From positions 416,001-480,000 of the forward strand of contig JBJBCN010000003.1 of assembly GCA_047285805.1 (NCBI GenBank): a stretch of 64,000 bases of DNA, given 5' to 3'. Each line of letters starts with the position of its first letter. The first letter of the stretch is position 1. Below, one piece after another: positions 1 through 9,851 of the stretch. The DNA comes from Synechococcus sp. (GTDB lineage Bacteria; Cyanobacteriota; Cyanobacteriia; PCC-6307; Cyanobiaceae). Made by a program: the position numbers and the translations under genes. A model generated the notes under the pieces. The model was not told the origin of the DNA, did not search any database, and saw only the letters and a program-made list of their open reading frames with translations.

Positions 1-2
1 TG

Positions 3-791
3 CCCGCTGATGACTTTCCAGAGTTGCCCTTGGCCCAGGCGGTTACGCCGATCAAGTTGGATCCGGAGGTCTTGATTAAGGGGTTACGCGCCACCCTGTT
101 TGCCAGTAGCGGCGATGAAGCCAAACAGCTTCTTACTGGAGTTCATCTAGGTCTGGATCAGAACGGCCTCGAATGCGCCGCCACCGATGGCCACCGTCTG
201 GCCGTCCTGCGTCTTCAGAACGCGTCGAGCAGTGAATCCGAACTGGATGTCACCGTTCCGGCCCGTTCCCTTCGCGAATTGGAGCGTTTGCTCTCCAACC
301 GTGGTGGCAGCGATTCCGTCAGCCTCTTCTACGACCGCGGTCAGGTGGTCTTTCAATGGGCTGACCAGGTGCTCACCAGCCGGAGCCTTGATGGCACCTA
401 CCCGAACTACCGGCAGCTCATTCCCGAGAGCTTTGGTCGCCAGATGCAAGTCGATCGCAAAGGCCTGCTGAGTGCTCTGGAGCGTGTCGCGGTCTTGGCC
501 GATCAGCACAACAACGTGGTCAAGCTCACCAGTGACCCCGCCGCCGGTCAGCTCTCCATCAGTGCAGACGCCCAAGACGTAGGGAGCGGCTCTGAGGCGA
601 TTGGTGCTCAGGTCAGCGGCGACGCCATTCAGATTGCCTTCAACGTCCGCTACGTCCTGGAAGGTCTCAAGGCGATGGGATCTGAGCAGGTTCAGCTGCA
701 GTGCAATGCCCCCACCACGCCTGTGGTGCTGGCTCCCCAAGATGACTCCAGCTTCACCTACTTGGTGATGCCAGTTCAGATTCGCCAGTGA
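3..791 (+). CDS. dnaN: DNA polymerase III beta clamp, 5'-truncated by the window edge
   Basis: ATDGHRL, YPNYRQLIP, IAFNVRY and C-terminal YLVMPVQIR motifs. The frame stays open to the window edge (PADDFPELP). Confidence 0.97.
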   Translation, partial: PADDFPELPLAQAVTPIKLDPEVLIKGLRATLFASSGDEAKQLLTGVHLGLDQNGLECAATDGHRLAVLRLQNASSSESELDVTVPARSLRELERLLSNRGGSDSVSLFYDRGQVVFQWADQVLTSRSLDGTYPNYRQLIPESFGRQMQVDRKGLLSALERVAVLADQHNNVVKLTSDPAAGQLSISADAQDVGSGSEAIGAQVSGDAIQIAFNVRYVLEGLKAMGSEQVQLQCNAPTTPVVLAPQDDSSFTYLVMPVQIRQ

Positions 792-1546
792 CCCTCCCCG
801 AACAGCTTCTGCTGAGTGAGTTGTTGCGCCGCCGGGTTCGTTGTGATCAGGGCCTCGATCATGGGGTAGGAGTCGCCGCCTGGATGCACCCTCCGGTGCA
901 TCGCCTGCTGGGCTGGTTCTCGAAACCCTCGGCGTCGGGGGATCGCCGCGAAGTTTGGCGTCTCAACCAGTTGTGCGGCCTGGCCGAACTGGAGTCACTC
1001 GTCCGGGGTGATGCAGCGCCCAGTGAAATCGCCACGATGGATCGCTTGCCCACTTTGATCGAGGCAGCCGTCCTCGGCCAAGACGGCCAGCACCTGGGGC
1101 AGATCGCTGATGCTGCAGTCGATCTCAGCACCGGTCAGATCCTGCACTACCTGGTCTCACGCAGCGATCCCAGGCTCCCAGGAACGAGCCGCTGGCGCCT
1201 CGCTCCGGCCCGCATCGATGACCAACAGCCAGGGAGGTTGTTCACCTCGCTGGCTGGTCTGGATGATCTCCCCTTGGCAAAAGCGAGTGTCCGGCAGGAG
1301 TTCCTGCGCCGCTCGAAGCGTTGGCGCGAGCAGATGCAAGAGGAGACCTCCCGTTGGCGAGACCAGGTGCACAACGCCGGCGAGCGTTTTGAAGAACGCT
1401 TGGAGGGGTGGTTGGAAGAACCACCTTGGGACGGCCATGAGCTAGGCGTCGACCGTCCCTCGCCAGGGCACGAGACCTGGGATGACTGGAATGATGCTGA
1501 CCCGTCACCGCCTCGTCGTCGCCAGCAGGACGATCCTTGGGTTTGA
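788..1546 (+). CDS. Conserved picocyanobacterial PRC-barrel-like protein
   Basis: 252 aa, 4-bp overlap with dnaN. GQHLGQIADAAVDLSTGQILHY resembles a PRC barrel. Acidic Trp-rich tail ends DDPWV. Confidence 0.7.
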   Translation: MTLPEQLLLSELLRRRVRCDQGLDHGVGVAAWMHPPVHRLLGWFSKPSASGDRREVWRLNQLCGLAELESLVRGDAAPSEIATMDRLPTLIEAAVLGQDGQHLGQIADAAVDLSTGQILHYLVSRSDPRLPGTSRWRLAPARIDDQQPGRLFTSLAGLDDLPLAKASVRQEFLRRSKRWREQMQEETSRWRDQVHNAGERFEERLEGWLEEPPWDGHELGVDRPSPGHETWDDWNDADPSPPRRRQQDDPWV

Positions 1547-1595
1547 GAGGGGGTGAGTCGCTCAGCGAGACTGAAGTAATCCCGCTCCCTGGTCC

Positions 1596-3935
1596 GTGGT
1601 CGCAGCCCCTGACTACTCCGTTGCTGACGCCCTGAAGAAGGAGAACCTCAGCCAAGCTGACTACGACGAAATTTGCCGCCGCCTGGGCCGGACCCCGAAC
1701 CGCGCCGAGCTGGGCATGTTCGGCGTGATGTGGTCGGAGCACTGTTGTTACCGCAACTCCAGGCCCCTGCTTCAGGGCTTTCCCACCACGGGGCCGCGCA
1801 TCCTGGTGGGTCCCGGTGAGAACGCGGGTGTCGTGGACCTTGGTGAAGGTCAACGCCTAGCCTTCAAGATCGAAAGCCACAACCACCCATCAGCGGTAGA
1901 GCCGTTCCAGGGCGCGGCCACCGGTGTGGGCGGAATTCTGCGGGACATCTTCACCATGGGTGCCCGCCCGATTGCTCTGCTGAACGCCCTGCGTTTTGGT
2001 CCGCTTGAGGAAGAGCGCAACGTCGGCCTGATGGAAGGTGTTGTGGCTGGCATTGCCCACTACGGCAACTGCGTTGGAGTGCCCACCGTCGGTGGAGAGG
2101 TGGCCTTTGACGCAAGCTATTCCGGCAACCCCCTGGTCAACGCCATGGCTCTAGGTCTGATGGAGACCGAGACGATCGTGTGCTCAGGGGCGGAGGGCGT
2201 CGGTTTCCCGGTGGTTTACGTCGGCAGTACGACCGGTCGGGACGGCATGGGTGGCGCCAGCTTTGCCTCGGCGGAGTTGACCGAAGCGTCCTTGGATGAT
2301 CGCCCCGCGGTTCAGGTGGGGGATCCCTTCCTCGAAAAGGGCCTGATCGAGGCCTGCCTGGATGCTTTCCAGAGCGGTGATGTGGTCGCTGCCCAGGACA
2401 TGGGAGCGGCGGGACTGACCTGCAGTTGTTCGGAGATGGCCGCCAAGGGTGGCCTGGGCATTGAATTGGATCTCGATTGCGTCCCGGCCCGCGAAGCCAG
2501 CATGACCCCCTACGAGTTCCTGCTCAGCGAATCCCAAGAGCGGATGCTCTTTGTGGTGAAGCCCGGCCGCGAAGCGGCGCTGATGGAGCGTTTTACCCGT
2601 TGGGGCCTGCAGGCGGCCGTCGTGGGCCGCGTCTTGCAGGACAACATCGTTCGGGTGCTGCAGAACGGTGCAGTCGCTGCTGAGGTGCCCGCCAGTGCGC
2701 TGGCGGATGACACGCCCATCAACCGCCATGAGCTGCTGAGTGAGCCCCCGGCGGCCATTCAGGAGCACTGGCGCTGGTCCGAGGAGCAGCTGCCGCCGGC
2801 CTCCGCGTCCGGCGTCAACGGTCAAAGCTGGAGTGAGACGCTCCTGGCCCTGCTGGATGACCCCACCATCGCCTCGAAGCGCTGGGTCTACCGCCAGTAC
2901 GACCACCAGGTGCAGGCCAACACGGTGGTCCCCCCGGGCGGTGCGGATGCGGCTGTGGTCCGTTTGCGTCCCCAGGCTGAAACAAAGGCGGCGACCCGCG
3001 GTGTGGCCGCTGTCGTCGATTGCCCCAACCGGTGGGTGGCTTTGGATCCAGAGCGGGGCGGCATGGCGGCCGTGGCCGAGGCCGCTCGCAACCTCAGTTG
3101 CGTGGGGGCGGAGCCCCTAGCGGTGACCGACAACCTCAACTTCCCCTCGCCTGAGACCCCGACGGGCTATTGGCAATTGGCCTCCGCCTGCCGAGGTCTC
3201 TCGAGCGCTTGCTCGGCCCTGGATACCCCCGTCACCGGTGGCAACGTCTCGCTCTACAACGAGACCCGGATGCCCGATGGCTCCATGCTGCCGATCCATC
3301 CGACCCCGGTGGTGGGGATGGTCGGTTTGGTCCATGACCTCAGCCATATCCGCGGTCAGGCCTGGCAGGACAATGGTGATGTGATTTGGATGTTCGGTGT
3401 TCCTCTGGAGGCGGGGGAGACTCCAGCCGATGGCCGCTTGGCCCTCGCTGGCACGAGCTATCTCGAGCGGATCCATGGAGTCGTCACAGGACGTCCTCCG
3501 CAGATCGATCTGGAGCTTGAGCGCTCGGTTCAGGCGTTCCTGCGAAAGGCCATCACTCAAGGGCTGGTGAAGTCGGCCCATGACCTCAGCGATGGCGGAC
3601 TCGCCGTGGCTGCCGCGGAGTGCTGCATGGCTTCAGGCTTGGGAGCCCATCTGGAGCTTCCCTCCAGTTCCGCGCGTCTGGATCGCCTGCTGTTTGCCGA
3701 AGGCGGCGCCCGCATCTTGGTGAGCGTTTCACCGGCTCAAACGGTTGCTTGGCAGAAGGCCCTGGATGCAAGCGGCATTCCGGCCCAGTGCCTGGGTCTG
3801 GTGGTGGACGACAGTGAGCTGTCGATCACCCAGGTGGGCACCAACGTGCTCACCATTCCCATTGCTCAGATGCATGAACGCTTCGAGCAAGCGATTCCGA
3901 GGCGCATGGGCGTCGATCTCCCCCCGACGGCTTGA
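1596..3935 (+). CDS. purL: Phosphoribosylformylglycinamidine synthase subunit PurL
   Basis: [40 protein letters not shown] motifs. Confidence 0.98.
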   Translation: MVAAPDYSVADALKKENLSQADYDEICRRLGRTPNRAELGMFGVMWSEHCCYRNSRPLLQGFPTTGPRILVGPGENAGVVDLGEGQRLAFKIESHNHPSAVEPFQGAATGVGGILRDIFTMGARPIALLNALRFGPLEEERNVGLMEGVVAGIAHYGNCVGVPTVGGEVAFDASYSGNPLVNAMALGLMETETIVCSGAEGVGFPVVYVGSTTGRDGMGGASFASAELTEASLDDRPAVQVGDPFLEKGLIEACLDAFQSGDVVAAQDMGAAGLTCSCSEMAAKGGLGIELDLDCVPAREASMTPYEFLLSESQERMLFVVKPGREAALMERFTRWGLQAAVVGRVLQDNIVRVLQNGAVAAEVPASALADDTPINRHELLSEPPAAIQEHWRWSEEQLPPASASGVNGQSWSETLLALLDDPTIASKRWVYRQYDHQVQANTVVPPGGADAAVVRLRPQAETKAATRGVAAVVDCPNRWVALDPERGGMAAVAEAARNLSCVGAEPLAVTDNLNFPSPETPTGYWQLASACRGLSSACSALDTPVTGGNVSLYNETRMPDGSMLPIHPTPVVGMVGLVHDLSHIRGQAWQDNGDVIWMFGVPLEAGETPADGRLALAGTSYLERIHGVVTGRPPQIDLELERSVQAFLRKAITQGLVKSAHDLSDGGLAVAAAECCMASGLGAHLELPSSSARLDRLLFAEGGARILVSVSPAQTVAWQKALDASGIPAQCLGLVVDDSELSITQVGTNVLTIPIAQMHERFEQAIPRRMGVDLPPTA

Positions 3936-3946
3936 GGAGAACCCTG

Positions 3947-5503
3947 ATGCAAAATGTTGAAGGAAATCTGAAGCTGGGACGCGCCGTGACTGACCCCACC
4001 CCCAGCCTCGATGTTGTGGTGGATCGGCTAGACAAGCCTGAAGAGGCCTGTGGCGTGTTTGCAGTCCTGGCCAGCGATCAGCCGGTGGCCAACCTCACCT
4101 ACTTCGGTCTCTACGCCCTTCAACACCGAGGTCAGGAATCGGCGGGGATCGCCGTCTTTGACTCGGAACCTGGCAGCGACCCCAAGGTGCGCCTGCACAA
4201 GGACATGGGTTTGGTGAGCAAGGTGTTCACCCCCGAGGTCCTGGATCGCCTTCCCGGTCAACTCGCAATCGGCCACAACCGCTATTCCACGACGGGTTCG
4301 AGCAAGGCCTGCAACGCTCAGCCGGTGTTGCTCAACACCCGGCTGGGTCCAATGGCCTTTGCCCACAACGGCAATCTGGTCAACGCCGGTGAACTGCGGA
4401 CGGCCTTGGCCAGCGATCTCCCCGAAGCGGAGTTCACCTCGACGACCGATTCAGAGCTGATCGCCTTTGCGATTCAACAGGCCGTGAATGCCGGCAGTGA
4501 GTGGGACAGCGCCATTCGCGCGGCAGCCGGACGCTGCCGCGGCGCCTTCAGCCTGGTAATTGGTACCCCAGAAGGTTTGTTTGCCCTGCGGGATGGTCAC
4601 GGCATTCGCCCTTTGGTCTTTGGCCACATGGGTGAGCTCAGTGAAGCCTGCTGGGTGGTGAGCAGCGAGACCTGCGGCCTCGACATCATTGGTTCGAGTT
4701 TCGATGGGGACATCGAGCCGGGCGAAATCGTCCACTTCCGGTTGGGTGATTTGGAGCCGGTTCGAGGCCGCTGGGCGGAAGAGCCGTCCAAGCTCTGCGT
4801 CTTCGAAATGATCTATTTCGCGAGGCCCGATAGCCGTTTCTTCGGTGAATCCCTCTACAGCTACCGCGTGCGTATTGGAGAGGTGCTTGCCCGGGAAACC
4901 CCGATCGAAGCTGACATCGTCATCGGTGTCCCCGACTCTGGGATCCCTGCTGCGATTGGCTACTCGCAGCACAGCGGCATCCCCTTCGGCGACGGGCTGA
5001 TCAAGAACCGCTACGTCGGCCGCACCTTCATTCAGCCCACCCAGGCCATGCGTGAAGCGGGGATTCGCGTCAAGCTCAATCCCTTACCGGACGTGTTAGC
5101 CGGAAAGCGCGTGGTGGTGATCGATGACTCCATTGTCCGGGGCACCACCAGCCGCAAGTTGGTGGCGGCGATCCGCGATGCCGGTGCGACGGAGGTGCAC
5201 ATGCGCATCAGCTCTCCGCCGGTGACCCACCCCTGCTTCTACGGCATCGATACCGACACTCAAGATCAGCTGATTGCGGCCCGACTAACCCTCGAGGAGA
5301 TCTCCGCCCACCTTGGCGTGGACTCCCTGGCTTATCTCAGCAAAGAGGGCATGGTGGAAGCTGCCCAAGCAAATGCAGAACATTTCTGTACGGCCTGTTT
5401 TGATGGGGCTTATCCCATTGAAATGGATTCCTCGGTCAGTGGTAGTAAGCTAATGCTTGAACCTGAAGGGATAGCAAGTCAGCTTTTATCTAGAAAAAAT
5501 TAA
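3947..5503 (+). CDS. purF: Amidophosphoribosyltransferase
   Basis: EEACGVF (Ntn Cys), LQHRGQE, HNGNL, VVIDDSIVRGTT. ATG at 3947 follows GAGGAG. Confidence 0.97.
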   Translation: MQNVEGNLKLGRAVTDPTPSLDVVVDRLDKPEEACGVFAVLASDQPVANLTYFGLYALQHRGQESAGIAVFDSEPGSDPKVRLHKDMGLVSKVFTPEVLDRLPGQLAIGHNRYSTTGSSKACNAQPVLLNTRLGPMAFAHNGNLVNAGELRTALASDLPEAEFTSTTDSELIAFAIQQAVNAGSEWDSAIRAAAGRCRGAFSLVIGTPEGLFALRDGHGIRPLVFGHMGELSEACWVVSSETCGLDIIGSSFDGDIEPGEIVHFRLGDLEPVRGRWAEEPSKLCVFEMIYFARPDSRFFGESLYSYRVRIGEVLARETPIEADIVIGVPDSGIPAAIGYSQHSGIPFGDGLIKNRYVGRTFIQPTQAMREAGIRVKLNPLPDVLAGKRVVVIDDSIVRGTTSRKLVAAIRDAGATEVHMRISSPPVTHPCFYGIDTDTQDQLIAARLTLEEISAHLGVDSLAYLSKEGMVEAAQANAEHFCTACFDGAYPIEMDSSVSGSKLMLEPEGIASQLLSRKN

Positions 5504-6441
5504 TCAGGAAGAATACGACCAGCAGACTTACCTAGAGCTGGTTTTAGCAGGTGCTTTAAAAAATCAGAAGAATTCTTATTGCATACTTTCTTGAATATTC
5601 GTTCGTCCATGTAGAGTTTTGATTCCTGCCAAGATCCCGCAAAGTGCAGTGCTGTCACGGAAGAAAGACAACTTGCTATGCAGTTTGCAGAATCCTCGGT
5701 TGAACCCGTCTTTATTTGAAAGAGGTGCCTGTACTTACTTGACATTTCCAAAGGCCATATTGCTTGAAATTCGTAAGGGAGATCATTAAGGGAAAATCTA
5801 TTTCTTATTTCATAGTTGAATGCAGGTTCATCTCCTCCGCCAGTTATAGAGTCAACATCATCACCATAACTATAGAATATATCAGATAATCCAGCACTGT
5901 GAGCTTTCACATCACAAACAAACAAACCAGAACAGGCATAGTCATCATATACCGGAAAACCATGAAATCTATATATCTCTTCTGCTTTCATGAATAATGC
6001 AGAATCCAGAGGATAGTTAGAGGAGTAATTTCTATTGCGCTCAAAACTAAGAATTTTCTTGCTCGTGTAATCATCATATGGAAGATTTTTCACCTCACTA
6101 ACTACGCTAAAACACCCCTTCAAATGATAATCAAATATATTATTGCCATTAGGATTGAATAAAATATCTGAATCAAAATAACAAACTTTATCTGCAGAAT
6201 CGTACGTTTCCTTTAGCTGCATTGGGATCAGTAGTTTTTGCCAATTCTTTTTCTTTCTACCATAACCACTATTTAAGTCTACAATATCATCATCGAAGCA
6301 GACTAGGTTCAAATCAAACCTGTCACAGTAATTTAGTATAAATGGCAAAGAAAACCTTTTGAAATTCTCTAAGTGATCTGTCCCAATCGCGAGCGTTGCC
6401 ATCCACGGCCGACTTGGAGCAGTTTCTCTAAAAAATTCCAT
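5500..6441 (-). CDS. Putative GT-A glycosyltransferase (GT8/GT34-like)
   Basis: WQKLLI followed by DxD motif (YFDSDILF), then SGLFV, GDEPAFN and LHFAG, the typical GT-A layout. Confidence 0.7.
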   Translation of the reverse strand: MEFFRETAPSRPWMATLAIGTDHLENFKRFSLPFILNYCDRFDLNLVCFDDDIVDLNSGYGRKKKNWQKLLIPMQLKETYDSADKVCYFDSDILFNPNGNNIFDYHLKGCFSVVSEVKNLPYDDYTSKKILSFERNRNYSSNYPLDSALFMKAEEIYRFHGFPVYDDYACSGLFVCDVKAHSAGLSDIFYSYGDDVDSITGGGDEPAFNYEIRNRFSLNDLPYEFQAIWPLEMSSKYRHLFQIKTGSTEDSANCIASCLSSVTALHFAGSWQESKLYMDERIFKKVCNKNSSDFLKHLLKPALGKSAGRILPD

Positions 6442-6528
6442 AATAATTCAAATACTAATGAAATCATAGCAGAATAACCCTATTAATCCTCCTTTAACAG
6501 AATAGGATGTTACAGTATTAACCTTCAG

Positions 6529-7461
6529 TTGTGTCTGATTTTGGTTTTCCACCCATACCCTTCCAACCCGCAGCCGACCAGTGAGGGCTTCCCAACTGAA
6601 TACTATATCGAGACCGTCATGGCTTGCAATTTAAGGTGTCCGGAATGTGCTATTGGAAGTGAGATGACAACGCGAAAAAGAGGACTCATGCCGCTGGAGG
6701 ATTTTGAAATAGTTTGGGACAAGGTTAAAGATTATGCAAAACTTGTTTATTTACATAAATGGGGAGAACCTACGATGAATCCCAATCTTAAAAACTACAT
6801 CAAATGCGTATCTAAAACTGCGCACTCACATGTAATGACAAACGGGTTACTGTTGGACGAAAAAAAAATCAATGAATACTGCTCATCTGGCTTAGGCTCA
6901 CTTTTCTTTTCTATTGATGGAGTAACGCAAGAAACTTACGAAAAATATCGGGTAGGCGGAAGTTGTAGTATTGCCTGGAAAAACCTTGAACTTGCTCATA
7001 AAATCATCAAAGAAAACAATTATCCTACAGATTTATTTGCTCAATTTATAGTATTTCGTCATAACGAGCATCAAGTTGAAGACTTTATAGCTAAATGTGA
7101 AGGAATCGGTGTAAGATATCACATACGAACAGCTTACATCCGCTTTGGATCCGTTGATAAGCCTTCTAACCCTAAGTATGTACGGAAAATCTTCTCAAGC
7201 AAGTGTGAGCATGAAGAAGCAATTTCACAGTGTAGTCACCTCACAAACGTTCTTACCATTACAGCTGATGGTAGTACAATACTATGCTCACAAGATTACG
7301 ATCAGCAATACAACCTTGGCTCCCTTCTGGATGACTCAACTACACTAGAGACACTTTGGAATCATCCCTACTACGTACAAATACGTGAAGAAATAAAATC
7401 GAAGAAAAATATACCATCCATTTGTCGTGATAAATGCATGATATACCCTCGTTCATATTAA
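6529..7461 (+). CDS. Radical SAM protein with C-terminal SPASM/Twitch domain
   Basis: CNLRCPEC (CxxxCxxC), WGEP, TNG, SIDG. C-terminal C...ITADG...C..D...G...LWN...C...C. Confidence 0.88.
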   Translation: MCLILVFHPYPSNPQPTSEGFPTEYYIETVMACNLRCPECAIGSEMTTRKRGLMPLEDFEIVWDKVKDYAKLVYLHKWGEPTMNPNLKNYIKCVSKTAHSHVMTNGLLLDEKKINEYCSSGLGSLFFSIDGVTQETYEKYRVGGSCSIAWKNLELAHKIIKENNYPTDLFAQFIVFRHNEHQVEDFIAKCEGIGVRYHIRTAYIRFGSVDKPSNPKYVRKIFSSKCEHEEAISQCSHLTNVLTITADGSTILCSQDYDQQYNLGSLLDDSTTLETLWNHPYYVQIREEIKSKKNIPSICRDKCMIYPRSY

Positions 7462-7463
7462 CA

Positions 7464-8681
7464 GTGAAGAACCATCGAGGTTTTCAGGATCGACCAACTA
7501 AGAAAATTAAACTATTATTTATAGTTGAATCACCCTTTTCTGAAAGAGACTACGAGCGATTTGAAATACCCTACTTTAACAAAAATGATTTTTCAATACA
7601 TATATTTGATCTGTCGCCAGTCATAAATCCTATCTTGAACAAAAAACTTGAGACATCACGAATGAAATCCGATGATATCTATATATCAACAACTAAATTT
7701 TCGGCAATATACTTCGCCTTAAGTAATCATTTTGATTATATTATTGACTTTTCCTTGAAGGGATACCTCTACGGACAACCCTTTCTCTTGAAACTATTTC
7801 TTCTTGCCTATTTTAGTCTCACCTCAAAAAGAATTGTCATTTCTACTGGTTTAATGCCTGAGGCTAAGTATTTAGATAGGAATAGAAAAAACACACTATT
7901 CGTATACCTTAATAAGATCAAGAAAAAAATCTCTGCAAAAATCTATTGTCTATTTGATCAATTCTATCCCTATGCATATGGCTTTTCAGGGACAAGATCT
8001 CAGATCAAAAAATATACTAGATCTAAGCAAATTGCAGTTCACAATACTGACTTTAATGCATTTTTGAAAGCAGATAAGCCGACAAGAAATCATTCTGTTG
8101 AAACCATTTTATTCTTAGATCAAAATCATACTTTTGCAACTGATCAGTACTCGACACCTTCTCGTAATGTCAAGCTCATTTCACCTCAAGAGTATTCACT
8201 GGAAGTTAACCGTACATTGACCCACCTTCAATCCAAATTCAATTTAAATGTTCTAATACAACCTCACCCACGCGCCAGATTGAAAGATATTGAATTAATT
8301 TATGATTACCCAATCTCAAAGCTATCAACAGCTGAAGCATGTAAATCTGCAAAAGTTATTGTTTGCCATGACACAACAGCTATAAACTTAGCCGTACTGT
8401 GCCAAAAGCCCATTCTTCTCCTAAAAACACCAGACTATTACAATCAAAATTACACTACTTTCTATGAAAATAGTCTCAATATCGACCTTTTATCCAAACT
8501 GCTAGATTCAAAGATTGTAATGTCTTCTAACATCTATGATCTAAGCCTTGAGGAAATACCAGTCCCAAATCTACTTAAATATGAGCAATATATAAAATCA
8601 TATATTACAACCATTCCTCATGTTGAATCAACGTCTTTTTCGATTATTAGGGAATGGATCTTTAGAGATATTATGGAATAA
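7464..8681 (+). CDS. Hypothetical GT-B-like surface carbohydrate biosynthesis protein
   Basis: Long ORF in AT-rich DNA. LFLDQ, QPHPR and VIVCHDTTAINLAVLCQKPILLL resemble the C-terminal domain of capsule or CMP-sugar transferases. Start is 7434 or GTG 7464. Confidence 0.55.
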   Translation: MKNHRGFQDRPTKKIKLLFIVESPFSERDYERFEIPYFNKNDFSIHIFDLSPVINPILNKKLETSRMKSDDIYISTTKFSAIYFALSNHFDYIIDFSLKGYLYGQPFLLKLFLLAYFSLTSKRIVISTGLMPEAKYLDRNRKNTLFVYLNKIKKKISAKIYCLFDQFYPYAYGFSGTRSQIKKYTRSKQIAVHNTDFNAFLKADKPTRNHSVETILFLDQNHTFATDQYSTPSRNVKLISPQEYSLEVNRTLTHLQSKFNLNVLIQPHPRARLKDIELIYDYPISKLSTAEACKSAKVIVCHDTTAINLAVLCQKPILLLKTPDYYNQNYTTFYENSLNIDLLSKLLDSKIVMSSNIYDLSLEEIPVPNLLKYEQYIKSYITTIPHVESTSFSIIREWIFRDIME

Positions 8682-8700
8682 AGTATTTACGAAGGTGGGT

Positions 8701-9828
8701 CTAAACAATTGTAAACCGCGGTTTGACCATATGATCTTCTCCAATATCAAACAAATCCAAGTTTGTCCATTTTTTGAGAATTCCAAAGAACTCCAATTTA
8801 TTCATCTTGAAGTAGTCTAGGTATAGAGCTTCGAATTCTTTGGGATAGTAACCATCATAAAGGCGAACAAGATTAACCGCTTGATTTCTGTCCATAGCTC
8901 CCCTTCTAATCTCTATGCTTGCGTCTTGATTTGCTCTACCAAACCCGAATTTCAGGTACATGATATATGTGTGGAGGGCATACAAAGCTTGGTCGTTCTG
9001 GGCAAAGTTTGTAAAAGTACCGCTATTTGTTGAATCTGCCTCCTGAAGCCCACAGTGCTCTTTTGCTACAAGGTAGTTTCTGTATGGGTCCCAATTCTCA
9101 AAATAGGACCAGTGTATGTTGCTTACCTTCGAGTTATCAGGGAATGAAAAAAAATATCTATCGCTTTCACTTGATACGATGCTTTTCATTATCTCTTCGT
9201 ACCCACCTTCAAGGTATACGCGTTTTTGATATTCTGAGCCGTATACGGGAGATTTTGATGTCTCCGAAGATCCTCCATACTCTATTTCGCCATCCTCACT
9301 ATATACGACTAAGGAAATATTGAAACTTTCTGCGATTCTTCCGGGGACCGACTCGATTGCGGCGAGCCAGCCAAAGTATGGCAAGCCCAGTCTTATAAAG
9401 CCTTCCTTATTTAGCTTTTGCATCAAATCGCTTGATGGGCTTACGGATATATGATTAAACCCCGAATTTATAAAGTTTGTTAGATTCGTTTCGCCTAGTT
9501 CAAGTGGTAGCGGAGGTTTAACTGTCACGCATAGGGGATTGAGGCCGAAGTCACTTTTGAGCCTATGAGCAATGTATGAACCATCTTTTCCCCCGCTGAC
9601 CGGGACAACGCAGTCGAAACCCACTGATTTCTTGCTATGGGAATAAAGAATATCTCTCAGCTGAGATTTGCGTTCACTCCAGTCAATCTGTTTTTTCTTG
9701 TTCATCCAAACGCATGCATTGCATAAACCGTCGGAGTTGAAGGTAATTCTTGGGCGAGTGCTCATCGCCAAGCAATTAGAACACCAGCGAGGGTTCATCT
9801 TTTGAATACGTTTCAATTCATCTAACAC
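8701..9828 (-). CDS. N-acetyl sugar amidotransferase (WbuX/WbpG/PseA-like PP-loop ATPase)
   Basis: N-terminal CxxC...TRPRI.F...G.CNAC, CVVPVSGGKDGS, EYGG, YLKFGFGRA, IRRGAMDR. GGGGAG RBS before GTG. Confidence 0.88.
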   Translation of the reverse strand: MLDELKRIQKMNPRWCSNCLAMSTRPRITFNSDGLCNACVWMNKKKQIDWSERKSQLRDILYSHSKKSVGFDCVVPVSGGKDGSYIAHRLKSDFGLNPLCVTVKPPLPLELGETNLTNFINSGFNHISVSPSSDLMQKLNKEGFIRLGLPYFGWLAAIESVPGRIAESFNISLVVYSEDGEIEYGGSSETSKSPVYGSEYQKRVYLEGGYEEIMKSIVSSESDRYFFSFPDNSKVSNIHWSYFENWDPYRNYLVAKEHCGLQEADSTNSGTFTNFAQNDQALYALHTYIMYLKFGFGRANQDASIEIRRGAMDRNQAVNLVRLYDGYYPKEFEALYLDYFKMNKLEFFGILKKWTNLDLFDIGEDHMVKPRFTIV

Positions 9829-9851
9829 AACTGCTCCCCATAGTCAATCTG

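Larger units (their letters stand above)
5370..9850. other. AT-rich islet of cell-surface glycan modification genes
   Basis: Spot counts of 60-nt lines give about 20-43% GC, against about 60-70% in the flanks. Four genes, no mobility gene. Confidence 0.88.

Noticed and set aside
6441..6590. RiPP precursor peptide for the radical SAM/SPASM enzyme
   Set aside because: Only a 17-codon out-of-frame ORF overlapping the enzyme start is present, with no supporting features. The context is glycan-related.
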